From Eledone cirrhosa (taxonomy: Eukaryota), in NCBI GenBank assembly GCA_964016885.1, contig OZ024741.1:127348001-127412000 (forward strand): DNA of 64,000 bases. Direction: 5' to 3'. Position 1 is the stretch's first letter. The number at the start of each line of letters is the position of its first letter. Shown one piece after another: positions 51,841 through 63,115 of this stretch. Position numbers and translations under genes: made by a program. Below the pieces are notes generated by a model that made no database searches, had not been told where the DNA came from, and saw only the letters and a program-made list of their open reading frames with translations.

Positions 51841-54800
51841 CATCATCATCATCATTTTATGCCCTCTTTTCCATGTTTCCATGGGTTGGATGGGTCCTTT
51901 TTTAGCACTGTCCGCCTCCACTCATTGTGTTCCTTCGTCATTTCCTCTATAAGTTTCAGCTTTTGAGATTGACTCTGATAACCTCTACTAAGGTTTTCTT
52001 CTGTGTGTATGTATGTATATATATGTATGTATATATGTGTATATGTATGTGTATGTATCATCATCACCACCGTTTAACGTCCATTTTTCCATGCTTGCAT
52101 GAGTTAGACAGATCACCCACATCATGAGACAAGTCTGGCTAGCTGGCTGCACCAAACCTTGTTCAGACAGAACTGTATTTTGGCTGGGATTTTTACAGCT
52201 GGATGCCCTTCTTGACACCAACTGTGTTTACAGTCTAGAACTGGATGACACCATTATGAGGGGTGGGGGATCAGGCCAGTTGGCTGTGCCATACCCTGCT
52301 CACATCAGAACCATAATTTGGTAACTGGGTGGTCCCATTATGAGGGAAGTCAGGCCAGTTGGCCATGCCAAGCCTTACTCATTGTGGAACCCTGGATGGC
52401 ACAGATATACATATGTTAGTTGAATGTGTAACAATAGTTATAGGCGGTGTGCCATTCGAAGCACTCAATGCTGTTACAAGGTCTGTTTCATTTGGGTTGT
52501 ATTCCAGTGATAAGGCTGTTGTGTATTACAACAATCGGGTCAGGGTAAATCAAGGTGACGTCCCACTCTTTTTCAACATCTCATCAGATATGCGAGCTTA
52601 TATGTGCAAAGATACATCTAAACTGTTGACAGAGGTCCCAAGATTCGTTTATATAAACTCATTGGTGGGTTTGTAGGGGGTGGGGTATAAGGTTGATATA
52701 TAAAAACATAAACAGTAGAGGATGTGAAAGTTAAGAATGTTATATTAAAAATATATATATAAAAGCTTAACTAAAATGGTAAAAAGGGAAAGTAAGAAAA
52801 AAGTAAGGGTGAAAAGGTTAACAATAATAATAATAATAATAAATAAATAAAAATAAATATTCCAGTGAGAAATGAAAGTGGGAGATGAATTTGAGTAAAA
52901 TAAAATAAAATAAATGTACTGGTAAGGGTGAAAAGGGAAAAAAAAATAAAAGTAATAATGATGATGATGATGGTGATAGTGGTAATAAAATAAAGGAAAA
53001 ATGTTATGGATAGGAGGGATAACACTGATGATAAGGTAGGTCTAAGAGGTCTGTTTTGGTATAGAATTGCATCAGCATTGGTGCCAACAATAATAAACGA
53101 TCCTAATTATCATTAAGAGTAGTATTTACAATCGTTATTTAGTGTGTGGCTACAGCAAATGGTTTTAGTTGTCCAGTTGTGATTCTTTTTGTGATGGAAG
53201 TCTAGTGTTGACAACAACCACCACCACCAACAACTTGTGGTACCAGAAGGTTGAAGTTCAGTATCTGGCACATTGATTTTGGTAGTGGTATTAAAATGAA
53301 TAAAGTAAAATTAAAATAATTAAGAGAAAATTAATTAATGTGCTTGGGTAGAAGGGATAACTGAGAAAACATGCTCAAGATCCGTTTTAGTAATAGGGGA
53401 ATGTGTCGGTATTAGCAACAACACCACCACCACCACCACCAATAACCACAATTGTCCTCCGGTGATATTCTATTCTTACCTTTTACATCCTCTACTGTCT
53501 GTTTTTATATTTTTATATTTCACCCTTATACCTCAGTCGGGCCCCCATCACTTTGATTGTACCCTGCGCTGATTGATATCAAAACAATTGTAATATACTG
53601 CAGCACTGACTTTTAAATCTCTCTCTCTCTCTCTCTCTGTATGTAAGTATGTATGTGTATATATATATATATATATATATAAAAATTTAAGAAAATTAAC
53701 AATGATAGGACAGGCAACGAACATAAACAAGGCTTAAGGAGAAACCTTAAAAAATTGTTTTTTAAAAATACAAATGAAGGACAGAACTCCATGGTCATCG
53801 ACCATTGAGGTGGACTTTGGCAGTTTCGATACCTGCCAATGGTACTGCTGGTCCACAAATGTTGTCCTGTGGAGTAAGAGAGGAGAGACAAAACATTAAT
53901 TTATTGCAATTAAGATACAACAAATACACATAGAATTTTCTGAGACATTGGGGAAAAAGTGTGGTGCCATGAGTCATGAATAAAATAAGGAAGAAAAAAA
54001 GCAAGGAAGTAAGATATTGTGTTAAAAAATGTAAGCCATTGAAATAAATGGGGGGAGAAGAGATAAGACATACGTCACATTAGTATTGATAAACTTAAGA
54101 AAGATAACAAAGAGAGGACAAGACAATGAACGGAAACAAAACAAAACGAAAAACAATTTTTTAGAAGATAAAAATACAAATAAAGGACACAGAGCTTCAT
54201 GGTCATTGGGCCGTTGAGACTTTGGCAGTTTCAACCCTTATATATATATATCATCATCATCATCATCTTCATTTAACGTCCATTTTCCACGCTAGCATGG
54301 ATATATATAAATTCAAATTAATAGATATATGTAGATAGAGAGAGAAAAGACTATATATCTTATTAGAATTTTATATATATATACAAAGCACATATATCAA
54401 GGATTGATATATGTGCTTTCTATATATATATAAATTATAATTCCCAATAGCGCTATTTCATGATTCAAAGAACCAGAACTTAAAATCAATCTAAGCAATT
54501 GATCATCAATTTTGGTTAAATTATGGGAGACACGAATCAATCATCAGGGGAATTTGTCAATTATATATAGTTGCAATATAGTATATAATACAAAATACCA
54601 AAATTCAACTCACCATCTCCATGCAAAATGCCGAATGGTGTAGTAATGTTTAACCTAAAGTTTCAGATTTAAACAAAAATGGACGTCATTTCAGCTAGAA
54701 AGATATGCGAAAATTTTAGTCCCAGCAGCTCAACAAAATAAGGGATTTGGAGATGTTATATACAAATTTAAGGTATCAAAACATATCAGTTATGTCTGAT

Positions 54801-54907
54801 ATTTGTGCTTCTCAATAGAAAAGCTCTATTTGTCCAGAGTAACAATATTTCAAGTTTATAGATATATATAGAGAGAAAGGGCCATATACCTTATGAGAAC
54901 TCACTAT

Positions 54908-55340
54908 TCAGTATATATACAAAGCACATATATCAAGGAAAAATATGTACTTTAGATGGAAAAAAGGGACATCTGTTGGTATTAGCAGCATTCTAGATAT
55001 AAATGTGATGTCTCCTTTACCACATCCAGTGAAGATTTTAGCTTCAATAATGTGAAGCTGTAGTTCTGTCACAACAATACGTGTCCCATTGCACAATCTT
55101 GGCTGATCCAGGTTTCTGAGAAGCATAGTGAATGTGCCCTTCTTCAATTCAAGGTTGTGTGGCAGCACACCAAACAGTTCCAGATTGTTGAAAAATTCAA
55201 CAGAATAATGGAAAGCATCGTCCCCGTCGACAACTTTTTCGATAGATTTATAGATCTGGCTACCTCCAAGGATCATTTGTGAGAGATTTTGGGGGGCAAG
55301 GAATGCTCTTTCACACAGCCAATCCTCATTGGAATGGTAG
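54908..55340 (-). pseudogene. Helitron Rep-Hel PIF1-family helicase fragment
   Basis: DWLCERAFLAPQN, EFFNNLE..G..PHNLELKKG..MLLRNLDQPRLCNGTR and TGCGKG..FISRM.LIPTDVPF; adjacent degenerate direct repeats at 55430-55630 and 55668-55900 probably belong to the same element. Confidence 0.92.
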
Positions 55341-56404
55341 ATTTCGAAACTGGGGAACACTTAAGTAAGCTTACAATGCTTCTCAAAACAGTACAAAGGG
55401 ATGAAGGATCAAAACATATTTCAGTATCAAGGGATTGCTTTTCTATAAATTCAAACAACTGAGAGGTGCTTATCCGTAACTTCATGTATCCCCTCTCCCT
55501 TCCTGGCTCTGTTATTTGCACTGAAGAAATCTCCAAGGCTGGAAGAATCCGAGCCACCCCTCTTTCCGATTTTGCAAAAGGTGATTGCAAGCATAGAGGT
55601 CAGATTAGTTGAAGACACATGAAAAAAACTAGGAAAACAAAAATGTCTTCGCGATTTCCCACGGATGCTTTTCTATAGATTTAAACGACTGAGAAGTGCT
55701 TACCTGTAATTCCAAGCCTCCGCTTTTGGAAAAAAGAGTCATTGGCGAGTGAATTAGATGTCAGATCGTTCGAAAACAAAGGAAAAAAACTCCCACTGAA
55801 GAAATTTCCAAGACTGAAAAAATGTGTCACTCCATTCCATTTTTGGAAGAAAATCGATTGTAAGCATGCCAGAGGTTGCATTAGCTGAAAACACATGAAA
55901 AATCTTAATTACTATCAATTTTGTTTAGTGTTATTAGCGGTCAGCATACAAAGTTTCTTTATATATATATATATAATATGTATGTATATGTATCATCATC
56001 ATCACATCCATTTAAAGTCCATTTTTCCACATTAGCATGGGTTAGACAAGTTGTCCCATTGTGAGATAGTCCAGGTCAGGTGACCATGTCTTGCTCATAC
56101 AGAACTGATTTTGGCTTTGTTTTTATAGCTGGTTGCCCTTCCTAATGCCAACCTCATTTACAGTTAGTACTGGGTGGTTTTTGTTATGACAACTACATGA
56201 CCACTTTCCAGTGTGGACTTGCTGTCTTTTGTCATGTCACCTACAGTACCACTTTACAGTATTAACTGGAGACTTGGCTGAGGGGAGGTAGATCTAGTGG
56301 CATGTGTGATACGCAGAGTGTTAGGACGTGGTAGGTGTATGGAAGGTGAAGATGTATGCTTTAACCTGTGCTCATGGGAAGGCGATTAGATATATTCAAA
56401 GATT

Positions 56405-56895
56405 TAGATGTATTCAAAGAGAACAGATTGTGCTGGTGTAAACATGTGATGCATATAGATGATGATGATCACTGGGTGAAGAAATGTTAAGTGATCCCAT
56501 TGGAAGGGAGTTGCAGAAGAAGAAGACCAAGGAAAACCTGGATGGAGATGGTGAGAGCTTATCTCAAAACACTGACCCGCTCAGATGCATTAATGCTAAG
56601 TGATCCCATTGGAAGGGAGTTGCAGAAGAAGAAGACCAAGGAAAACCTGGATGGAGATGGTGAGAGCTTATCTCAAAACACTGACCCGCTCAGATGCATT
56701 AAAATGCATCTGAGCGGGTCAGTGTTTTGAGATAAGCTCTCACCATCTCCATCCAGGTTTTCCTTGGTCTTCTTCTTCTGCAACTCCCTTCCAATGGGAT
56801 CACTTAGCATTTCTTCACCCAGTGATCATCATCATCATCATCTATATGCATCACATGTTTACACCAGCACAATCTGTTCTCTTTGAATACATCTA
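56405..56895. repeat. Fold-back (A-B-B-B'-A') built from an RTE ORF-end relic
   Basis: 109-bp tandem copies start at 56483 and 56592; symmetry centre at 56701-56702; inverted arm 56703-56895. Confidence 0.95.
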
Positions 56896-57237
56896 TTTCC
56901 CCTTATGCTTAGTTTTCTGTCAACATCTATGTGTTGACCAGTGTTCAACCCCAAGCATCTGCAATAATAAATACTGTATCTACTCATGTGAAAGTCTAAT
57001 TCTTAAGCCTATTAAATTTATGGGGTTAACTATTACATGGATACTTCTTCTGGGGCTGAAATTCACACTACAATCTAAACTACTGTATCAGTAAACAGAA
57101 ACCCAAATAATTAATCTGATAGTTATACTCATCATATTACAAAAACACATAAATATGGCTGCATAGTTCATATTAATATTTCCATTTGCATGCATCAGAA
57201 TATAAATATTTCCACTTGTGTGCATTAGAACATATCA

Positions 57238-57515
57238 AGTATGTGGCTTAGTTGTTGGTCGCAATCATATGGTCATGAGTTTGATCCCCAAACCAAGTGG
57301 CATGTTGTGTCCTTGAACAAGACACTTTATTTGACATTGCTCCAGTACACACAGCTGGTAAAAAAAATGAGATGTACCTGTAATTCAAGAGCCAGCCTTG
57401 TCACACATTGTGTCATGCTGAATCTCCCTAAGAACTGTGTTTGTGGTATGCTCAACCACATCTATGTTAATTTCCTGAGCAAGCAGTTCTGTTTGTTGAA
57501 TCAACTAGTCATTCT
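57238..57515 (+). mobile_element. tRNA-CORE SINE, tail variant b
   Basis: GTGGCTTAGT head, GTGTCCTTGAACAAGACACTTTATTT core and CCTTGTCACAC..GCTGAATCTCCC tail. Confidence 0.75.
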
Positions 57516-58702
57516 CAAAAACGCTGGAGGTCTAACACATCAGAATATAATAGCTTAGAAATTTGAATTTTCTCATCATGACATTTTATGTTCAGAGTGA
57601 TGTCCATGTATTTCAGTTGTCAAAAACATGACAGCCTCCCTAGTATTGACGATCTACACAATAAACACACCCAGTAAACACTGTAAAGGGGTTGGTGATA
57701 GGAAGGGCATCCACTCTAGAAAGCTTGCCAAACAAAGGGTTGGGAGGACCCTTCAGTTATATCAAGGACATGACAGCCTCTCTTGTGCACATAGGTAAAC
57801 AAGATGCTGACCCCCACCCCTGGCCTGTCTGGAAGGTCAGTAGTCCCACTCACACTTACTTCACTTTTTACAACATTTCTACAATACACTAGGAGGGCCT
57901 CTTTGCTTTAAATTTTTTTGTTTACTGTAGACATTGTTACTAAAGTAATGTTGTTATGCCACTTTCTCTATGTTGGCAGCAATAAGATATCTGTAAACAT
58001 CCAATCTTTACTTCTATCAGAATAGCATCTCATAAAAGACAGAAAGTTAGAAGAGAAGAAAATAATAAATAACAATAAACCAACAAACGCTTATGAATAT
58101 GTGCTGTCTCTACACTTATTGTTTCTTAGAGTACATGTGATATCTAAATGCCCTTGGCAGCCCAAACTTTTTTATACATCCAGTGGTTCCTTTAACCCTT
58201 TTCATACTGGGTGCATTTATCATGGTATCAATACTAGCACATTACAGGGTGAACTAGCTGTATTTTATCATGGCACCAACACTAACACCTTACAATGTGG
58301 ACTGGGTGTATTTTATCATGGTACCAACAATAATGCTTTACAGTGTGGACTGGGTGCATTTTATCATGGTATGAACACTAGAGAGGTTGTCAATATGTTT
58401 GGTCAAACTAAAGAGTCCTCTCGCCATGCTTATTTTTAGTCTCAAAAGTGTTTGTACTGATAGACAGGTTTGTCACATTATGGCATATTGCTAGTCTGCT
58501 TGATCGAGTGTCATCTTTGTGAAGTACAGTTTCTTGATGTCATTCTTCATAACTTTGTCCCATGTCTTCCTTGGTTTCTCTCTTCCACATTTTCTATCCA
58601 CCTCAAGTGCTCAGCACCTTTTTTATTGTTTATATAAACAAAACTTTGACTGAATCTACAATTGGTTTTTGTTGAAATGTTCTCAAATATTTATATTTTT
58701 AG

Positions 58703-58793
58703 AGACACCAGCAGTGATGAAGATGATGTTCCTGCTCAAAAAGAATGTCTTTTGAGGGCTCCCATGGCAAGTCAAAGCATGGACAATCTCTAT
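58703..58793 (+). CDS. GARRE1: GARRE1-like exon
   Basis: TTTTTAG|A (phase 2) to TAT|GTTAGT (phase 0); encodes DTSSDEDDVPAQKECLLRAPMASQSMDNLY; phases fit both neighbouring exons. Confidence 0.8.
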
Positions 58794-59799
58794 GTTAGTA
58801 TCTTCTCTCTCCAAACTAAAGACTTCAGTTTTTAATGTGATGCAGTCATAGTCTTGTTTTGTACCTTTCGAGAATGCATTGATAATGTGGTTTCATGCCA
58901 TACAGGCGAGTAAGAGCTAATGCATACATATATATATTTATACACATACATGTATTATTAACTCTTATTGTCCACAACTGCATGAAAGCAGAGTTTTTGT
59001 TTCTGAATGAGGACAGCAGAGATGATGTACGTTTTCAAGGTTAATGATATGGAGTTCAATAATTAATATCGATTAGCCTGTACATTGATATTTGCTCACT
59101 GAAATGGTCGTAAAACAGTGAATTAATTTCTATCTGATTTAGGTTTTCATATACTTTCATTATTTAACATCACCAGATGACTGTTTTTCTCATATGTTCC
59201 ACTTTTGGTTCAGTATGTGATAATGATATATATATATATAAATACTCTCTTTTGTTGAATCACCAAGTCTGATGAGCCAATCGATGCTGAAGTCAGGTCC
59301 ATAGGTGACCTTGAGCTAATTATCTATGAAACAGATAACAGGTCAATAATAAAAACATGTAAATGAAACTTCATTGTTTTTTCTTAATGTGTGTATATAT
59401 ATATATATATATATATCATTTAACATCTATTTTTTCACACTTGCATGAGTTAGATGGGTTGTCGCATTATGAGACAAGTCAGACCAGATCATGTCATGCT
59501 CACATGGATCTGTATTTTGGCTAGATTTCTACAGCTGGATGCCTTTCCTAACACCAACCACATTCTTGGATGCTTTTTTATCAAGGCACCAACATGACCA
59601 CCTTACAGGGTTCTCTTTTGTTGTACCAGATAAGCATACAGACTTGATGCTTATATATATAACGAATTATCGAAGTGCTGGGGAATTTGAAATTGTTTGG
59701 ATCCTGTCTCTAGATGTATTTTGCCTGATTCTTTCAACTATTATTTATAGCAGTCAACAGTTATTACAATTCTATTCAATTATGTATATTTTTTTATAG

Positions 59800-59998
59800 G
59801 ATTGCAAATCAACATACACTTGGCCACCGAAACACCCATGGGCTCGCCGTAGTAACTTAGTACATAATTCAGCAGAACTTGATAGTTCAGAATCTCTCCA
59901 GTCAATGAGGGGTACAGCTGCTGTAGGAGCCTCAGTTCATTCATGTGGTCCCTGGTCTTCTGATCCACTTCAACTTCCCAGAAACATGTGGCCCACAG
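59800..59998 (+). CDS. GARRE1: GARRE1-like exon
   Basis: TTTATAG|GAT (phase 0) to ACAG|GTAAGG (phase 1); KSTYTWPPKHPW resembles human KTKTWPPKAPW. Confidence 0.88.
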
Positions 59999-60678
59999 GT
60001 AAGGTCTACTTTTTATTTACATTGTCTTCTCAAATACAATCATTACAGGGCAATGATGTGAAGGCACATGGTCTGGTGCAGGGTGGGAAAACCTGTGGCT
60101 TGGTGCAGGGTTGGGGAACCCGCAACCTTAAGCCACATGTGGCTTTCTGAACGACTAAGTACAGCCTTCTATGATAGGTGTGAACCAAAACAAAAACAAC
60201 TGCATGATTATTTTATCAATGTGGAATGAACAAAAGGTAAGCCTGGAAGGATTTGAAGGACTTGAACTCAGGATGTGGGCTGTAATATCAAAATATCTAT
60301 AATACTTTTAATAAGTTTCATAATTAAAAAAAAAATGGCTACAGCCAAATGGTTGGAACCAAGTAAAGATCAAAGGATTATATCTTTTCTGTCTATTTAA
60401 TATTATTTATCTTAACTTTGTCTTTCATCCTTATGGGGTCGATAAAATACCAGTAATGTACTGGGTAATTGCTGGTCTTGTGCCAAAAGTAGAAACAATT
60501 ATTTATCTATGAAGGAAATCTATTTATGTAAAGTTCATTCCAGTTGTGGACACACTAGTAAAATAATTGATACAAGACACATGGTGGCCAGGTGTGTGTA
60601 TTCCTGAAGAAGATTTATTTGTTTATGATCTCTTGCCTAATTACTAAATTATTGATTTCATATATATAATCTTCACAT

Positions 60679-60836
60679 AGGTACAGATATAGCTGTGTGG
60701 TTAAGGAATTTGCTTCATAACCTCACGGTTTCATGTTCACTCTGTGTGGCACCTTGAGCAAGTGTCTTCTATTATAGCCAGGAGTTGACCAATGCCTTGG
60801 GAATGAAACTTGGTATACAGAAACTATGGAAGTTTG
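60679..60836 (+). mobile_element. Octopus-type tRNA-derived SINE (degraded)
   Basis: GCTGTGTGGTTAAG..GGCACCTTGAGCAAGTGTCTTCTA.TATAGCC..GACCAATGCCTTG; copies at 8455-8590 and 28925-29095. Confidence 0.7.
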
Positions 60837-61311
60837 TTTTGTGTGTTTATATATATATCATCATTATCATTTAATGTCCACTTTCCACACTAACATGGGT
60901 TAGTCGGGTTGTCCCATTTGAGGCAAGTTGGGTCAGTTGACCGTGTCTTGCTCATATAGAACTGTTTTGGGCTAGATTTCTACAGCTGGATGCTCTTCCT
61001 AACACCAATTAGGGAAAAGCGGATGTAAAATGATGATGATGAAAGAAAGATAAAAACCCGACCGCGATGCTTAGCAATTTCAGCTTGTATTCAGCATGCC
61101 TTTTTAAGGTTGAAAAGGCATGCTGAATACCAGCCATAACTGCTAAGTTTTTACCTGCCTTTATACCCACTCTGCTTCTTCCCATGCATAGAGTAATACC
61201 CTGATTTTTGGTCTTCCCAGTCTCAGCACTGCAGATTATATATATATATAAATCATCATTATCATCATCATATGTCCATTTACTTTGTTAGCGGAGGACG
61301 AACAGATCATC

Positions 61312-61490
61312 GCTAATACGTCTTTGTGAGGCAGTTTGGTACAATCTATGGGCCTTGCAAAACAGGCAGATGCATCATGACAATGCCACAGCTCATTTAT
61401 CGCAACTGATCCAAGGTTTCTTGGAAACGAAAGGTATTTTCCATACCTGCACTCCAGACATGGTTCTTTCTGCACAAACATATCCACACA
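61312..61490 (+). pseudogene. Mariner transposase relic
   Basis: LIRLCEAVWYNLWALQNRQMHHDNATAHLSQLIQGFLETKGI..PDM matches the mariner LHHDNAPAH..SPDLAP region. Confidence 0.75.
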
Positions 61491-62111
61491 GTATGCTCAT
61501 GTGTATATATATATATATATATTCCATATGATGATGGATTCCCTGAATCACCATGTCTAATGAATCGAGTTTATAATATCCATATGGACATTGGGCCAAT
61601 CATCTGTGAAACTTACCTAATGATTGATAATCAATAAAAAGTTTTAAGTGAGACTGTTGTGTTAAATTTAATATCTATATATATATATAATCATCATTGT
61701 TTTTACATCCATTTTTCCATGCACACATGTATGTGTGTGTGTGTGTGTGTATATATATGTATGTGTCGGTGACAACAAAAAGCACCCAGTCCACACTGTA
61801 AAGTCATGTAGGAGACACGGTAAAAAGGCTCCCAGTCCACACTGTAAAAGTGGTTGGTGTTAGGAAGGGCATCCAGTCGTAGAAAACCTGCCAGAGACAC
61901 TTCCGGGCAAGCGAGACAGGGTCTCCCGACCAATCCTACATCAAATGGAACAAAACCGTCTAACTCAAAGATGGACGTTAAATGATGATGATGATGTAGG
62001 CAGTGAATTGGCAGAGTCCTTAGAACATCAGATAGAATGCTAAAAAAGTACCAATCAAGTACTGGGGTTGATTCTTCCTCTATACCTCTGGAAGAAATCT
62101 GTTGTATTCAG

Positions 62112-62208
62112 ACCTGGAGAGGAGATGGGCTCCGCCACGTTTGAAAATGCCCAGAAACGCTGTATTGAGATACAGTGTCCCGACGACTCTCTTAGGAGTT
62201 ACAGGACC
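62112..62208 (+). CDS. GARRE1: Candidate penultimate GARRE1-like exon
   Basis: Acceptor GTTGTATTCAG and donor CC|GTACAT; GC-richer than its flanks and open in two frames; frame unresolved. Confidence 0.45.
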
Positions 62209-62265
62209 GTACATATATATGTGTGTGTATATGACTATCTAAATATTTGTTTTTGTCTATTTCAG

Positions 62266-62345
62266 GCCTTCCCTCCCATACAACATCAAGCCAGAACTCA
62301 GCACATCAATGTTTTGGAGCGCTACATCTGACAAATCGAGAATAA
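62266..62345 (+). CDS. GARRE1: Candidate terminal GARRE1-like exon
   Basis: Strong acceptor TTTTTGTCTATTTCAG; frames give AFPPIQ..LERYI* (stop ends 62331), GLPSHT..NRE* (stop ends 62345) or PSLPY..SMFWSATSD; frame unresolved. Confidence 0.6.
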
Positions 62346-62460
62346 AAGTTGGATGTAGACAGAATCAATTACCTGGTCCTACTACCTTGCCTAGCCACTC
62401 CTTCTTCTCATTCTCTCTCTCTCTCTCTCTCTTTTATCTCTATCTTTCTATCGCTATTTC

Positions 62461-62528
<68 letters not shown>

Positions 62529-62644
62529 TTCTCTCTCTCTCTCATGAACTGTCTAATCTCTACTTCTGGTGATTTGTTAAATAGACTTTCAAATATCTAT
62601 TTTTATATACACACACACATACGTATACACCCACCATATTTATG

Positions 62645-62686
<42 letters not shown>

Positions 62687-63076
62687 TGTGTGTGTGTATA
62701 TATATTATTAGTATCACAATAAAATATACCTAGTTCACTCTGTAATGTTGTTGGCTTTAGGAATGGCATCCAAATGTAGAAACCATGTCAAAGTTGGAAC
62801 CGATCAGGAAGACCTGGTCCCCCAACCTGTCTAGTGTCAGACATGCCAGTCTCTCCTTCTCTGTCTGTATGTATGTGTGTGTGTGTGTGTGTATATGTAT
62901 ATATATATATCGTCGTCACTGTTTAGCGTCCATTTTTCCATGCTTGCATGGGTTAGACGAGTCGTCCACGCCAGGAGGCAAGTCTGGCCTGAGTTGGCCA
63001 CACCATGCCTTGCTCCGACGAGGACTTAAATTTGGCTGGATGCCCGTCCTGACACCAATCACATTTACGGTGAGTG

Positions 63077-63115
<39 letters not shown>

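Noticed and set aside
59255-59355. CTGATGA...GAAAC...GTC hammerhead-like order (related sequence at 61543-61640)
   Set aside because: No stem I complementarity and no convincing stem II or III.
61292-61329. Phase-1 acceptor giving a short terminal peptide AEDEQIIANTSL*
   Set aside because: Overlaps a mariner relic, has a weak acceptor and no homology; probably cryptic.
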